A stretch of DNA of 64,000 nt from Patescibacteria group bacterium. GTDB taxonomy: Bacteria; Patescibacteriota; Minisyncoccia; Phycocordibacterales; DATDWN01. The stretch lies in NCBI GenBank assembly GCA_040384485.1, contig JAZKJH010000005.1, positions 3,375 to 67,374 of the forward strand, in the 5' to 3' direction. A model generated the notes under the pieces. That model was not told the origin of the DNA. It did not search any database and worked only from the letters and a program-made list of their open reading frames with translations. The translations under genes and the position numbers were made by a program. Positions 47,628 through 58,427 of this stretch are shown piece after piece (position 1 is the stretch's first letter; each line of letters opens with the position of its first letter).

Positions 47628-48477
47628 TTATAAACTCCTCGATTCCCAAAAAGTCAGCTTGAGTAAAAAAAACTACAATTGTCGCGAGAATCAAAAAAGG
47701 AGCGAATGGTATTTCTGATTTTAAACCGATGGGTTTTTTACGAGAACTTCTGATTCTGTCATGAAAAATAATATAAATACTCCACAATGCTCCAATCCAA
47801 AATGCCAAAATAATAGCATTAATCCCTGAAATAAAACCGAGTAAGGCTCCCATACCCAGTGCAAGCTTAGCATCTCCAAAACCTATCCACTTGCCACCTG
47901 ACACATACCACAAAAATGCGAAGGGAGAAAACAATAAAATCGGAGACAAAATATCAAGCAGATCAAGACCGGTTAAAACAAAATTTTTGCAGAATAAGTA
48001 CACCAAAAGTTTAAAAAAAGATAGACCGATGAATGCATAAACTAGCTTGTTTGGAATTATCTTGTGTCGTATATCATAAATCATAATAACGATCAAAAGA
48101 CAAAATACAAAAGCATAAAACACAAAAAATAGTATTGAGTATAGGAGCCCGTATTCAAAAGCTCCATACAGTGGCCATAGTGAAATTTGTCTCAATGCCA
48201 AACATACAAACACAAGTCCGGTCAAAAGCTCCACAGCCGGATACTGGAAAGAAAGCGGAGTCTTACACATACGACACTTGCCTCTTAGTGTGAAAAAACT
48301 GACAAGTGGTATAAGGTCATACCACTTAAGAGCAATGCTGCAAGAAAAGCATTTCGACCTGCCTTTGGCAGAAGAAAGTCCACTGTTATATCTAAGACCA
48401 ACCACATTTACAAAACTTCCAATAATAATCCCCAGAATAAATATAAAAAGTAACATCACAAGATTGATAGAAATCAT
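47611..48477 (-). CDS. pilD: Prepilin peptidase (A24 family)
   Basis: Zn-binding CFSC...CRMC tetracysteine plus a polytopic membrane domain. 288 aa. Confidence 0.8.
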   Translation of the reverse strand: MISINLVMLLFIFILGIIIGSFVNVVGLRYNSGLSSAKGRSKCFSCSIALKWYDLIPLVSFFTLRGKCRMCKTPLSFQYPAVELLTGLVFVCLALRQISLWPLYGAFEYGLLYSILFFVFYAFVFCLLIVIMIYDIRHKIIPNKLVYAFIGLSFFKLLVYLFCKNFVLTGLDLLDILSPILLFSPFAFLWYVSGGKWIGFGDAKLALGMGALLGFISGINAIILAFWIGALWSIYIIFHDRIRSSRKKPIGLKSEIPFAPFLILATIVVFFTQADFLGIEEFISVLTG

Positions 48478-48524
48478 ACTAATATTATATCTTAGTCAAT
48501 AACTAAAACAAAGATGTATATAAC

Positions 48525-48551
48525 AAAAAACCACCCGTAGGTGGTTTTTTT
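48525..48551. terminator. Rho-independent terminator after the major pilin gene
   Basis: aaaaaaccacc-cgta-ggtggttttttt. Confidence 0.7.
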
Positions 48552-48565
48552 ATTATTAAAGAATA

Positions 48566-48985
48566 CTAGTCGTTGGCACAAGTATAGTCTGATCCATCCG
48601 TGATGTCATCAATTGATGATGTTGCTGAAGCCCCAGTTGAGTCAACACAGTATTGAATTGCTGTTGACTTAAGCAATGCTCTCGCTGCCCAAGCAGTATC
48701 TGAATCCGCACATTCTACTGAAGTTGAACCTGCTGATGTAGCTCCAGTAATCATAGCGCTGATATTGTTTGTACCTGTTGTACAAACAGTAGTATAGTTA
48801 CCAGCTGTATCATAAAACAACTCAGCTTGTGCTCTAGCGTTGTTCAAACTTGATCTAATAGCTGCATCTGCTCCCTTGCTTCTCGCTGAGTTAAGTGAAG
48901 CCAAAACAACTGAAGAAAGGATACCGATGATAGCTATAACCACCAACAACTCAATCAATGTAAAACCTCTGTTTAATCTATTCAT
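48566..48985 (-). CDS. pilA: Type IV major pilin (PilA-like)
   Basis: NRGFTLIELLVVIAIIGILSS. 139 aa. Its own terminator follows. Confidence 0.75.
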   Translation of the reverse strand: MNRLNRGFTLIELLVVIAIIGILSSVVLASLNSARSKGADAAIRSSLNNARAQAELFYDTAGNYTTVCTTGTNNISAMITGATSAGSTSVECADSDTAWAARALLKSTAIQYCVDSTGASATSSIDDITDGSDYTCAND

Positions 48986-49129
48986 AAATTAATTAATTTA
49001 TTTATTAAAACTTAATAATGATTATAAATTCGTTCGACCGACTGCTCCCTTGTAGGGATTTCCCGCTAATAAACGAATACATATATTATACGGCTATATC
49101 TATAGAGTGGAAAGGTGGGGTGTGGATAA

Positions 49130-49588
49130 TTAGTTACATCTATAAGTAGATCCGTTCACTGCTGCAGTAGGAGTTCCGGCATATTGTTTTGAAACACCTT
49201 GGCCGTCTACACACCACGAACTACTAGAACCTTTATATGACACTGCTGCTGCGTAGTCTTGCCCGGATGCAGCACATCTAGTTGTGTTCCCTCCCACAGA
49301 AGCTGCCTTTGCAATGGCTCGTACAACAATAGAATCATTAAAAACACTTCCCGCAGTAGCTGTGGCTGGACAACTCGCTGCTACAAAAGTGCCGTAGGTG
49401 TTATTGTTGTTCAAATAATATAATTCTGCTTGCTTTTTTGCACCTTCCAGGTTTGTTTTAACCCCAACATCACTGCCTCTATTTCTAGCATCTCCTAAAA
49501 ACGACATCCCGACCGAAGTAATTATTCCGATTATTGCCACCACCACCAACAACTCAATCAATGTAAAACCTTTATTTATATTTTTCAT
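49130..49588 (-). CDS. Type IV pilin, second PilA-like paralog
   Basis: NKGFTLIELLVVVAIIGIITS. 152 aa. Confidence 0.75.
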   Translation of the reverse strand: MKNINKGFTLIELLVVVAIIGIITSVGMSFLGDARNRGSDVGVKTNLEGAKKQAELYYLNNNNTYGTFVAASCPATATAGSVFNDSIVVRAIAKAASVGGNTTRCAASGQDYAAAVSYKGSSSSWCVDGQGVSKQYAGTPTAAVNGSTYRCN

Positions 49589-49600
49589 TTTTATTTGCTT

Positions 49601-50803
49601 TTATGTTGCTGATGCAATGTTGTAGATAGGCATAAGAACAGCAGCAAGAAGTATTCCCACACCAAGACCAAGGGCAACTATCATCACCGGCTCAATAAGA
49701 CTAACCATAGTATCCACAGCATTATTTACCTCTCGTTGATAAAATTTAGCTAAAGATTTCAAAATATTCCCAAGCTCTCCTGTCTCTTCACCTACTTTTA
49801 CCATTTGAGTCATGATACTTGGAATTTCTTTGTGTTGTCCAAAAGCATTAGAGAGTGAAGTTCCTTCTTTTACCTTAATAAGAGTATCGTCCAAAATAGC
49901 CTTATAGGTTCTGTTATCTACAACAGATGAAGTTATTTCAAGAGCTCGCAAAATAGGAATACCACTGATAATCATAGTATCCAAGTTGTCTGCAATACGA
50001 GAAAGATATAGCTTTCTATACAAACTACCTAAATAAGGAAGATTGAGTCGCATCGTATCAAGAGTTATGGAACCTTCGGTTGTTTTGGAATATCTCCAAA
50101 CTCCAAAACCCGCTATTATAACCGCGATAGCCAAGAAAACTCCATAGTTTACAAAAATATTACTAAGTCCCAAAACTACTTCCGTATAAAAAGGAACTTC
50201 CTGCCCAGAGTCGGTAATCATCAAAGCAATCTTAGGAATAATAACCGTAAGCATCAGGACCATCACACCTACGAATGTCATAATAACGAATGCTGGATAA
50301 ATCAAAGCATTCTTGGCTTTTGTAGTTACTTCATACGTTCTGTCTAAATAGTCAGCCAAATAACTAAATATCTCATCTAGTTTTCCTGATTCTTCTCCAG
50401 ACTTCACCATGTTCACATAAAAACTAGAAAAAATATCTGGGTACTTGGCAAGTGCAGTAGAAATAGATGTTCCACCTTGCAGGTCATCTGCCATATCCAT
50501 TAAACATTTCTGCAACACTGGATTCTCTACTTGATCAGAGAGAAGTCGAAAGACACGAAGTGCCGAAACTTGTGCCTGAAACAAGGTTGCTATCTGTCTC
50601 GACAAAATAACTATATCTTTGTTGGATACCCTGCTAAAAATAGAAAAAGAAAAATTGAATTTTTTATCAACATCTTCATGAATCTCAGAAATAATCAAAC
50701 CTTTTTTTTGCAACTGACTGATTGCAATATCCACATTTACAGCTTCTATAACGCCTTTTGTTTCCTGACCAGTATTTGTTAGACCTTTGTATTTAAAAAT
50801 CAT
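49601..50803 (-). CDS. pilC: Type IV pilus platform protein PilC (GspF family)
   Basis: 400 aa with two GspF repeats and 3 TM segments. Confidence 0.85.
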   Translation of the reverse strand: MIFKYKGLTNTGQETKGVIEAVNVDIAISQLQKKGLIISEIHEDVDKKFNFSFSIFSRVSNKDIVILSRQIATLFQAQVSALRVFRLLSDQVENPVLQKCLMDMADDLQGGTSISTALAKYPDIFSSFYVNMVKSGEESGKLDEIFSYLADYLDRTYEVTTKAKNALIYPAFVIMTFVGVMVLMLTVIIPKIALMITDSGQEVPFYTEVVLGLSNIFVNYGVFLAIAVIIAGFGVWRYSKTTEGSITLDTMRLNLPYLGSLYRKLYLSRIADNLDTMIISGIPILRALEITSSVVDNRTYKAILDDTLIKVKEGTSLSNAFGQHKEIPSIMTQMVKVGEETGELGNILKSLAKFYQREVNNAVDTMVSLIEPVMIVALGLGVGILLAAVLMPIYNIASAT

Positions 50804-50813
50804 GGAATTAAAA

Positions 50814-51881
50814 TTATAACATTCGCTCTAACCCTTTTGAGTTCTGGGAATGTAAATATGCGTTTTCAATAGTAATCTCGCCGGCTCGAACTAATTCACT
50901 CAAATATCTGTTCAAGTCTATCATGCCATCTGCAGACCCAGTTTCTATTACAGAGTTTATCTCATGAGTTCTGTTTTCACGTATCAGGTTTGAAACTGCA
51001 TTATTGTTTATTAATAGTTCAACAGCAGGAATAAGTCCACCTGATACTCTAGGAATAAGTCTTTGAGAAAAAATTCCTATCAAGCTTGATGCTAGTTGGA
51101 TTCTGATTTGATCCTGTTGATGCGGACCAAAAGAGTCGATAATTCTTTCTATAGTCTGAGCAGCGGTGTTAGTGTGAAGTGTAGAAAAAACTAAGTGTCC
51201 CGTTTCTGCCGCTGTAACTGCAGCAGAAATATCTTCCGGTGTTCGCATCTCACCAACCATCAAGACATCGATATCCTGTCTAAACATGCCTCGTAGAGCG
51301 GAAGCAAAACTGGGTGCATCCTGACCTATTTCTCTCTGATCGATTATGGATTTTTTTGATTCAAATACAAACTCGATAGGGTCTTCTAGGGTAATGATGT
51401 GCTCAAGCCTCTCACTGTTAATTATTTCAATCATTGAGGCCAATGTTGTGCTCTTTCCTTGACCTGTTGGTCCCACCACCAAAAAGAATCCTTGCTGTTT
51501 CTTTGTAAAACTTTCCAAAATAGGTGGAAGTTTTAATTCATCAAATGTTTTTATTTGTTTTGGTATAAGTCGGAGTGCGATACTAATTTTGCCAAGTTGA
51601 AAATATGCATTGCCCCGGAAACGAGTACCCTTTTCATCGTAATATGCAAAGTCTACCTCTTTCTGACTTAGAAATTCTTCTTTTTTGGCTTCATCTATTA
51701 TCTCGTCTAGGATTCCCTTTAAATCTTGCTTGGTAAGTACTGGGTGACTTTCTATGGGTAACAAAAAACCAGCAGAACGTATGATGGGTTTTCTTTCCTC
51801 AGCTAAATGGAGGTCGGAGGCATCCCCTTGTATAACTAGAGCTATCAGTGTGTTAAAAAGTTTTTTATGTTCAACTGACAT
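50814..51881 (-). CDS. pilT: Type IV pilus retraction ATPase PilT
   Basis: 355 aa. Walker A GPTGQGKSTT, and PilT-type length and motifs (ASDLHL, ...GMIDLNRYL). Confidence 0.8.
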   Translation of the reverse strand: MSVEHKKLFNTLIALVIQGDASDLHLAEERKPIIRSAGFLLPIESHPVLTKQDLKGILDEIIDEAKKEEFLSQKEVDFAYYDEKGTRFRGNAYFQLGKISIALRLIPKQIKTFDELKLPPILESFTKKQQGFFLVVGPTGQGKSTTLASMIEIINSERLEHIITLEDPIEFVFESKKSIIDQREIGQDAPSFASALRGMFRQDIDVLMVGEMRTPEDISAAVTAAETGHLVFSTLHTNTAAQTIERIIDSFGPHQQDQIRIQLASSLIGIFSQRLIPRVSGGLIPAVELLINNNAVSNLIRENRTHEINSVIETGSADGMIDLNRYLSELVRAGEITIENAYLHSQNSKGLERML

Positions 51882-52282
51882 TATTTTTTCTTCTTAGTGT
51901 TATATATAGATGTAACCTGCTCAACAACTTCTGATGGTATAGTAGTTGCTTTTATAATATATCCGTCCACAACCAAGGCCTTTGCCTTTTCAAAATCATC
52001 AGCTTGATTAGTAAGCATAATAATCACAGCATTCGGTACAAGTTTTTCGTCTCTGATGTGCTTCAAAACTTCTAGTCCATCCATGGTCGGCATAATAATA
52101 TCCAGAAGGATAACATCGAATTCACCACCTGTTCTAAGTTTTTCTAATGCTGCTGTACTTGTAGGAAAGGCTTCAACTATAAAGTTGGACTTTTTGAATT
52201 TCAAAGAATACATGTCCAAAAGAAACTTGTCGTCGTCGACTAGCATGATTCTTATTGGTTGGTTTGTGTTTTCTTCAGCCAT
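51881..52282 (-). CDS. Single-domain response regulator (CheY-like receiver)
   Basis: DD pair in IMLVDDDKF, phospho-acceptor D in VILLDIIMP, and the T and K residues. 133 aa. It is embedded between pilT and pilB. Confidence 0.75.
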   Translation of the reverse strand: MAEENTNQPIRIMLVDDDKFLLDMYSLKFKKSNFIVEAFPTSTAALEKLRTGGEFDVILLDIIMPTMDGLEVLKHIRDEKLVPNAVIIMLTNQADDFEKAKALVVDGYIIKATTIPSEVVEQVTSIYNTKKKK

Positions 52283-52309
52283 AATAATTAATTAAGATTA
52301 TAAGGAAAA

Positions 52310-54025
52310 TTATAACATATTAACTTCCTGGAACGGAATTAACTTATGCATTGATTTTATGATCGCATCCTCTTTCATAGTAAGCATGCCTTTGGCTCTA
52401 GCTATTTTAACAATCTCAATCTCAGTTGGACTCTTCAGGATAACTTCTTCTAAGTCTTTGTCCATCTCCAAAACTTCAATAACCGCCATTCTACCCCTAG
52501 TTCCACTTGGACATTCGGCAGTAGGAACTGATTTATACACAGTATCTCTGAAATCTATCTCATCTAGATACTTTTGAGGTAAGTTTTCAAACTGCTTATC
52601 TATCATCATTTTTATAGCCCCCTCTACAGGTACTGCCTCACCAGCATCAGGACAAAGCCCAGTTGTGAGTCTTTGGGCCATAGCCAAGACTAATGTTGGA
52701 GCAATAAGATAAGGATCCACACCCATGTCTACCAATCTAGGAATAACTCCGGTTGCAGAGTTGGTGTGAATAGTTGATAAAACCAAGTGACCGGTCAAAG
52801 CTGCCTGAATAGCAAGTTGGGCTGTTTCTTTGTCTCGAATCTCCCCCACCATGATAATATCAGGGTCCTGTCTCAAAGTTGTTCGAAGTCCCGTAGCAAA
52901 CGTATAGCCTATCTCTGCATGAACTTGAGACTGAGACATGCCTTCGATGTTGTACTCGATAGGATCTTCCAAAGAAAGCACATTATGATGTTCTCTGTCT
53001 ACTTCATTAAGCATCGAATACAAGGTCGTTGTTTTACCTGAACCTGTTGGTCCTGATATAAGGATAAGTCCATATGGTTTTGTGATTGCTTTACGCACGA
53101 GCTCTAGATTTCTTTTGCTCATTCCTAAGTCGTCAAGTTTTTTAACACCTTTTTCTTGGTCCAAAAGACGCATAACAACCTTTTCACCAAAAAAAGTTGG
53201 AAATGTAGATACACGAAAATCTATTTTTCGTCCTTCGACTTTAGTAGTAAATCTTCCGTCTTGAGGTTTTCTTTTTTCATCCAACCTCATGCTGTTTGTC
53301 AAAATTTTTATTCTTGCAACTAAAGATGAATGCACTTTTGAGGGAAGGACCAGGCTTGTGTTCATGAGTCCATCAACTCGAAAACGAACCTTAACATTTT
53401 CTCGCCACGGTTCAATGTGGATGTCAGAAGCATTGCCGTCCGTTGCGTAACGTAAAATAGTAGCGACGATTCTAGTAACCGGTGCGTCCTCTGTCAGTGC
53501 CTTATTTATAGAGCTAGCATCTAGTTTCTCTTCTACAACTGCTTCCTTTTCAGCCCTAAGTTCCATCTCCAGCTCTGAAAGAGACTTGGAAACCTCGCCA
53601 GACAAACCTTTGTAAAGTGAAAATATTTTATTAAAATCATCTTCAGTTATCAGAAAAATTTTAAAGGGCATTCCCACTTTGTTTGAGATAAAGTTTAAAG
53701 CGTCTCTTGCCTCAATATCGTCAGGATCAACCATTCCAACTTCTAAAACTCCATCCTTAACACCTGTTGGAATAAAACGGTAGTGTGATGCGGATTCTTC
53801 TGGTATGTACTCTAGTATCTTCGGAGAAACTTCTTCTTCGCTGATATTTTTTACCGGGATATCAAAATACTCACCTTTTGCAATCAAAATATCATGAGGC
53901 TTAACACCTCTTTTTATTAATACTTCTTCTATTGTTAGTCCAGAAGAAGCCACCTCTTCATTTATAGCTGGAAGGTTCTTTGCATCCAATATGCCTTTTT
54001 GAACCAATATTTGTGTTATATCCAT
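52310..54025 (-). CDS. pilB: Type IV pilus assembly ATPase PilB (GspE family)
   Basis: 571 aa. Walker A GPTGSGKTTT, plus the N-terminal GSPII domain and the tetracysteine region. Confidence 0.85.
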   Translation of the reverse strand: MDITQILVQKGILDAKNLPAINEEVASSGLTIEEVLIKRGVKPHDILIAKGEYFDIPVKNISEEEVSPKILEYIPEESASHYRFIPTGVKDGVLEVGMVDPDDIEARDALNFISNKVGMPFKIFLITEDDFNKIFSLYKGLSGEVSKSLSELEMELRAEKEAVVEEKLDASSINKALTEDAPVTRIVATILRYATDGNASDIHIEPWRENVKVRFRVDGLMNTSLVLPSKVHSSLVARIKILTNSMRLDEKRKPQDGRFTTKVEGRKIDFRVSTFPTFFGEKVVMRLLDQEKGVKKLDDLGMSKRNLELVRKAITKPYGLILISGPTGSGKTTTLYSMLNEVDREHHNVLSLEDPIEYNIEGMSQSQVHAEIGYTFATGLRTTLRQDPDIIMVGEIRDKETAQLAIQAALTGHLVLSTIHTNSATGVIPRLVDMGVDPYLIAPTLVLAMAQRLTTGLCPDAGEAVPVEGAIKMMIDKQFENLPQKYLDEIDFRDTVYKSVPTAECPSGTRGRMAVIEVLEMDKDLEEVILKSPTEIEIVKIARAKGMLTMKEDAIIKSMHKLIPFQEVNML

Positions 54026-54031
54026 AAAAAA

Positions 54032-54382
54032 CTATCGGTTAGTTGTTGTAGCCTGTGTGCCTCCTCCAGTTGTCGTAAAATTATCAAACCCTATAGGAGC
54101 AAAAGGATTTGGTCTACCCTGAGCCTCTGCAGTCAAAGGTGTTGAAAAATCTATAAGGCTAACAAAAACGCTAGACTCAAAAAGTGATTTATCTATTGAA
54201 ACTGCATCGAAACGCTCAACAAGGGCAAGAATCTCTGAGCCGTTTATACTGTTTTCTGTTTGTTCTGTAGAAGCCGTATCGAGTTCTTCACTTCCACTAC
54301 TTATGGTACTGTAACCAACAAACCCAAGCAAAAAAACCAGGGCAAGTACAATAAAACCTTTTTGTGTAGCTGTTAGAATCAT
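54032..54382 (-). CDS. Small secreted pilus-associated protein (possibly PilP-like)
   Basis: 116 aa. N-terminal TM helix or signal peptide and T/G-rich tail. Position within the pilMNO-pilB block. Confidence 0.3.
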   Translation of the reverse strand: MILTATQKGFIVLALVFLLGFVGYSTISSGSEELDTASTEQTENSINGSEILALVERFDAVSIDKSLFESSVFVSLIDFSTPLTAEAQGRPNPFAPIGFDNFTTTGGGTQATTTNR

Positions 54383-54383
54383 A

Positions 54384-54971
54384 TTATCTTAAGGAATAAG
54401 TTTTAACTTCTAATGAATACTCGTATGTATTTCCCACCGAACCTCCACCCTGACCTCCCACTGAACGCAGTTGTAAACCAACAATGTCTATTAGACGTAA
54501 GCTAACTTCTGCATCACGAAGAAAACTTTCAAACTGTGAATACTGTCCGGTCATACTAAAAGACACCGTGAAAGTTCTGTAAGGCTGTATTTCAATTTGA
54601 TTTATTATGGCTTCTCGAACGTCTATTTGTGCTTCTCCTACTCTAAAATCTCTGACCAACATGCCGTATTTTGAAGCCATAAAACTAAGTTCATTTGCAA
54701 ATAAAACAGGGTTGAAGTTATCCGGGATCATTTTGTTTAACCTATCCACATTCTCGTTGGAGATTGTTCGGAACTCACCATTAACCTCGTCCCTTTTATT
54801 TTTTAGTTCTATAGAACTTACCAAAACTGTATCGTACTGACTTTTTTTAGACATCAAAACCTTAAGTTCATCTCCTGTAGGTTTTATATAGAACATGTAT
54901 ATCGCCCCGCAGATACATATTATAGCTATTTGAATAATGGATTTCATAGTATTAGTTTGTAGGCAAAGCAC
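54384..54971 (-). CDS. pilO: Type IV pilus assembly protein PilO-like
   Basis: N-terminal TM helix plus a coiled coil, then a ferredoxin-like domain. Gene order pilM-N-O. Confidence 0.5.
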   Translation of the reverse strand: MLCLQTNTMKSIIQIAIICICGAIYMFYIKPTGDELKVLMSKKSQYDTVLVSSIELKNKRDEVNGEFRTISNENVDRLNKMIPDNFNPVLFANELSFMASKYGMLVRDFRVGEAQIDVREAIINQIEIQPYRTFTVSFSMTGQYSQFESFLRDAEVSLRLIDIVGLQLRSVGGQGGGSVGNTYEYSLEVKTYSLR

Positions 54972-55560
54972 CTATAGCTTTTTTATAAGACACCAATGTT
55001 GGGTCAAGTTTTGTTTCAAAGTTTACGCTCACAAATCCGTTGTCACCCAAACTCATTCCTGAAAATTTTGGATCTTTCATATACTCATTTGAGAAGAATA
55101 TTTCCTGTTGTTGTGCCAGAGCATTGTAACTTTGGACTTCTCCTCTCATCTTTATCTCAGGTAGACCTACACCAGGGTTTTTGTATGAAAATCCGTCAAA
55201 ACGCATCCTTCTTAAGGTTAATTCTTCTAAAAGATTTAAAACTTCAGAAACGACCACGTGATTATCTAGAAGGGTCTTAGAAGCTTCAATCTTTGTACTT
55301 GCATCAATCAAATCTTGGATGATTTCTGGTTCATAAGCCAAACGAGCCTCAGCAATACTTGCGTCTGCTTTTTTTATTTGTTCATTGAGTATGTTTTTGT
55401 ACACAAACATCGCCAATGAAACCAGCACAGTCATTACAAAAACCACACTCGCTACTATTGAAAAAAGATTGGTTCTTCGAACTATAGATATGCCTACTGC
55501 TCCGTCTGGGGACGATATAGGTTTTTTGGGAATGAACGATGTTTGAAATTTAGGTTCCAT
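54952..55560 (-). CDS. pilN: Type IV pilus assembly protein PilN-like
   Basis: N-terminal TM helix plus a coiled coil. It overlaps pilO and lies downstream of pilM. Confidence 0.5.
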   Translation of the reverse strand: MEPKFQTSFIPKKPISSPDGAVGISIVRRTNLFSIVASVVFVMTVLVSLAMFVYKNILNEQIKKADASIAEARLAYEPEIIQDLIDASTKIEASKTLLDNHVVVSEVLNLLEELTLRRMRFDGFSYKNPGVGLPEIKMRGEVQSYNALAQQQEIFFSNEYMKDPKFSGMSLGDNGFVSVNFETKLDPTLVSYKKAIGALPTN

Positions 55561-55645
55561 GTTTAAATAGAAATATCCACATCATAATTATAGTACATAC
55601 AAAAATAAAAAACTATGTAGATAACAAAAAATATGTGCAAAAGTT

Positions 55646-56767
55646 TTAATCCGACTCTTGCAGTTTTCGTAATGCAACACCCATAGCCACCGCAAACTCA
55701 GGCCCCGTCTCTTTTAAAACCTTCTCTAGGAAAGCTGGGGCTAAAACTTTTTCAAAAGGATTTCCTGCTACAACTTCCGTCTGGAAGTTCTCCTTTGCAA
55801 CATCAGCCACACCTTTTAAAGCACTCCCTCCTCCTACTAAGACCACCTTACTTACATTTTTGTTGTATTTCTTTTGATATGCGAGCACTACCTTGTTAGC
55901 TTCCCCAAAAATATACCCGAGTGAAAGCGTAATCACATCTTTAATCATAATTCCATTTACCTCGCCCAAAAGACCTTTTTCTCTTTTCAAAAATTCAGCA
56001 TCAGCTAGGGACATCCCTAAGGACTTGGAGAGCTCGTTGGTTATATTTTGAGAGCCTCTGTTAATCATGTGAGATGAACGCAAAATACCACGCTCAACTA
56101 TGTAGAGTTTTGTACTTGTGGCACCCATGTCTACTAGTAGCACTGGGTTTAACTCCTGGTCCAAAATAGAACGCATTGTACTGAATATCTCTATCTCGAA
56201 AAAGCCAGCATCCAAACTACTCTTAGTAACAATTTCTTTGTATTTGTTTATGGTGTCGTTGTGTAAGGCCACAATCAAAACTTCCATTTTATCTCGAGCG
56301 CTTTTTTCGGCATCTGTAAGTTTTGGTCCTCCTTCTGGAACAAGACTATTGTCCTTTGGAATAATATACCAGTCTAGAGTTACTTCTGATATTGGCACGG
56401 GGATATATTTTCTTGCTTCGATCGGTATCATTCCTGCAAGTTGCTTAGGTGGAACATTTGGAAACTCCAAAACTGCCATAAGACTGGATGCAAACGGTAT
56501 TGCGATGCCACAACTACGTGTAGTTATGTTTACCTCTTTTTCCTTAAGCAAATCCCCCACAGCTTCTATTATTTTTTCTAAAGGTAGGTTTGTAGCTTCT
56601 CCAATACCCTTTCCAGAGTAAGGTCCGAGAGCGAGTTCTCCGTACGTATCCAAAACCGCGTGGCCGTTTTTACGGCTTAGTTGAACTATCTTTATAGAAG
56701 AAGATCCTATATCAACTCCCAGTACACTTCCTCCTTTGGATTTGAATAAGTCGTTAAAGTTGAACAT
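55646..56767 (-). CDS. pilM: Type IV pilus assembly ATPase-fold protein PilM (actin-like)
   Basis: VLGVDIGSSSIKIVQL actin-fold phosphate-1 motif. 373 aa. Confidence 0.75.
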   Translation of the reverse strand: MFNFNDLFKSKGGSVLGVDIGSSSIKIVQLSRKNGHAVLDTYGELALGPYSGKGIGEATNLPLEKIIEAVGDLLKEKEVNITTRSCGIAIPFASSLMAVLEFPNVPPKQLAGMIPIEARKYIPVPISEVTLDWYIIPKDNSLVPEGGPKLTDAEKSARDKMEVLIVALHNDTINKYKEIVTKSSLDAGFFEIEIFSTMRSILDQELNPVLLVDMGATSTKLYIVERGILRSSHMINRGSQNITNELSKSLGMSLADAEFLKREKGLLGEVNGIMIKDVITLSLGYIFGEANKVVLAYQKKYNKNVSKVVLVGGGSALKGVADVAKENFQTEVVAGNPFEKVLAPAFLEKVLKETGPEFAVAMGVALRKLQESD

Positions 56768-56814
56768 ATAATATATGCATAGTATATCATAGAGAAAAGT
56801 TATATAATTTATCT

Positions 56815-57471
56815 ATGTTGAAAAGTATAAAAATACTTTTTTTGGAGGCTCTTAATCTGCTTTTACCTGAAAGAAAAAACTTTTCTATAGTTAATAGACT
56901 CTCTTCCGAGGACGTTCGGGGTCTTCCAAAAGCGACCCCTGTCGAAGATTGTGATTTTGTCACTCCACTTTTTAACTACAAAGACCGTCGAGTTAGTGCA
57001 ATTATCTGGGAATTGAAATACAAGAACAACGCCAAGCCGCTTGATGAGATAGGGAGATTAATTTACGAAGAGATGCTTTCTTTGTCATCGGATGTCGTAG
57101 CATTTAACAATGATGCAGAATTTTTACTAATACCAGTGCCAATAACAACCGAACGTAGAATTGAAAGAGGCTACAACCAAAGTGAGTACCTTGCCAAAGC
57201 CATACTTGAAAATGATGTTGAACATTGTTTTGTATACGCGCCCCAATTTTTAACAAAAATAAAAGATACCCCGAGACAAAGCCACAGTATTTCAAAATCT
57301 GAAAGAATTCTAAACATTAAAAACTCGTTTTTTGCTGATGAACGGGTGCAGGGCAAATATGTTGTCCTGGTAGATGACGTAGTGACTACGGGCAGCACGC
57401 TTACAGAAGCCAGAAACACCCTACTTCTGGCTGGAGCAAAAGATGTATTTGCATTTACTATCGCTCACTAG
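56815..57471 (+). CDS. comFC: ComF-family phosphoribosyltransferase (ComFC-like competence protein)
   Basis: C-terminal PRTase motif VVLVDDVVTTGSTL. It is divergent from pilM. Confidence 0.75.
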   Translation: MLKSIKILFLEALNLLLPERKNFSIVNRLSSEDVRGLPKATPVEDCDFVTPLFNYKDRRVSAIIWELKYKNNAKPLDEIGRLIYEEMLSLSSDVVAFNNDAEFLLIPVPITTERRIERGYNQSEYLAKAILENDVEHCFVYAPQFLTKIKDTPRQSHSISKSERILNIKNSFFADERVQGKYVVLVDDVVTTGSTLTEARNTLLLAGAKDVFAFTIAH

Positions 57472-57489
57472 ATTAGTACAATAAACTAC

Positions 57490-57837
57490 ATGTCAAAATA
57501 CAAAATCCTTGCTAACAGCGTGATGGTGGTGCACATGTCATGGGTAGTTCTTATGATATTGAGCATACCGATTGCAATTTTTTATCCGGAAAGTGGTATG
57601 TATCTGTTGGCCTTACCAGTAACAATGATAATTCTTTGGGGAGTATATGGTGGCTGTTTTGTAACTGACCTAGAAAGATATCTCAGAAAAAAATATGATC
57701 CAAACATTTCGTATTCTGATCCATTTATAAAACATTATCTAAAAAAATTCTTTAACTTAGATGTTTCTGCCAAAAAGATAAACTTAATTAGTTATACCTT
57801 GGCGATTGTTCTTGCGATTGTCGTTTTTACAAACTAA
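57490..57837 (+). CDS. Small membrane protein (DUF2784-like)
   Basis: 115 aa with 3 TM helices. Confidence 0.35.
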   Translation: MSKYKILANSVMVVHMSWVVLMILSIPIAIFYPESGMYLLALPVTMIILWGVYGGCFVTDLERYLRKKYDPNISYSDPFIKHYLKKFFNLDVSAKKINLISYTLAIVLAIVVFTN

Positions 57838-58397
57838 AAAGTGTGGAGTGGGTTTTTCTCCAGCAACTCTTGTACTTCTTCAAATCCTGTGAAGAAGGCG
57901 TAGTTGTATCGTGCGGGCAAAGCAAAAACGTATCTGTTGTTTCTTCCAATTTCCGTTGGGCCGATAGGGGCCGCACCGATATGAAACTTGTCTTCGTTTA
58001 GATTCTTCCACTGAGTTAAAGTAAGAACCATTATTGGTATGTCTTGTCTCGGGCTTTTGTACTCCCAGTCTGGGTGGCGAAGTGTAATAAGGGCTCCTGT
58101 TTCAGAAGGAACTTGGCTTCCTGAAGATGCGATACTGTAGCCTTCCCACTCATCTTCTATTACAGAATACCCTACCCATGTATCAGGTAGATAAAAGCTA
58201 AAACCGTAATTAGGGTTTTTGTATTCTGTTTCAGATACAAATTTTTCTTCATCTATAACTTCTTCATTACTCACTTCCTGTACTACTTCCACTGGTTTTT
58301 CTTGGTTCAAAAAACCAAAAAGAAAGTACGCAAGTCCCCCAAAGACTATTAAAATTAAAATTTTGGGTATGTAGCTTTTCATACCCTTATTATACAC
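57834..58397 (-). CDS. Secreted or membrane-anchored hypothetical protein
   Basis: N-terminal TM helix or signal peptide. 187 aa. Confidence 0.4.
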   Translation of the reverse strand: MYNKGMKSYIPKILILIVFGGLAYFLFGFLNQEKPVEVVQEVSNEEVIDEEKFVSETEYKNPNYGFSFYLPDTWVGYSVIEDEWEGYSIASSGSQVPSETGALITLRHPDWEYKSPRQDIPIMVLTLTQWKNLNEDKFHIGAAPIGPTEIGRNNRYVFALPARYNYAFFTGFEEVQELLEKNPLHTF

Positions 58398-58427
58398 CTT
58401 TTGGGATTAAGTAAATAAAACCAACTT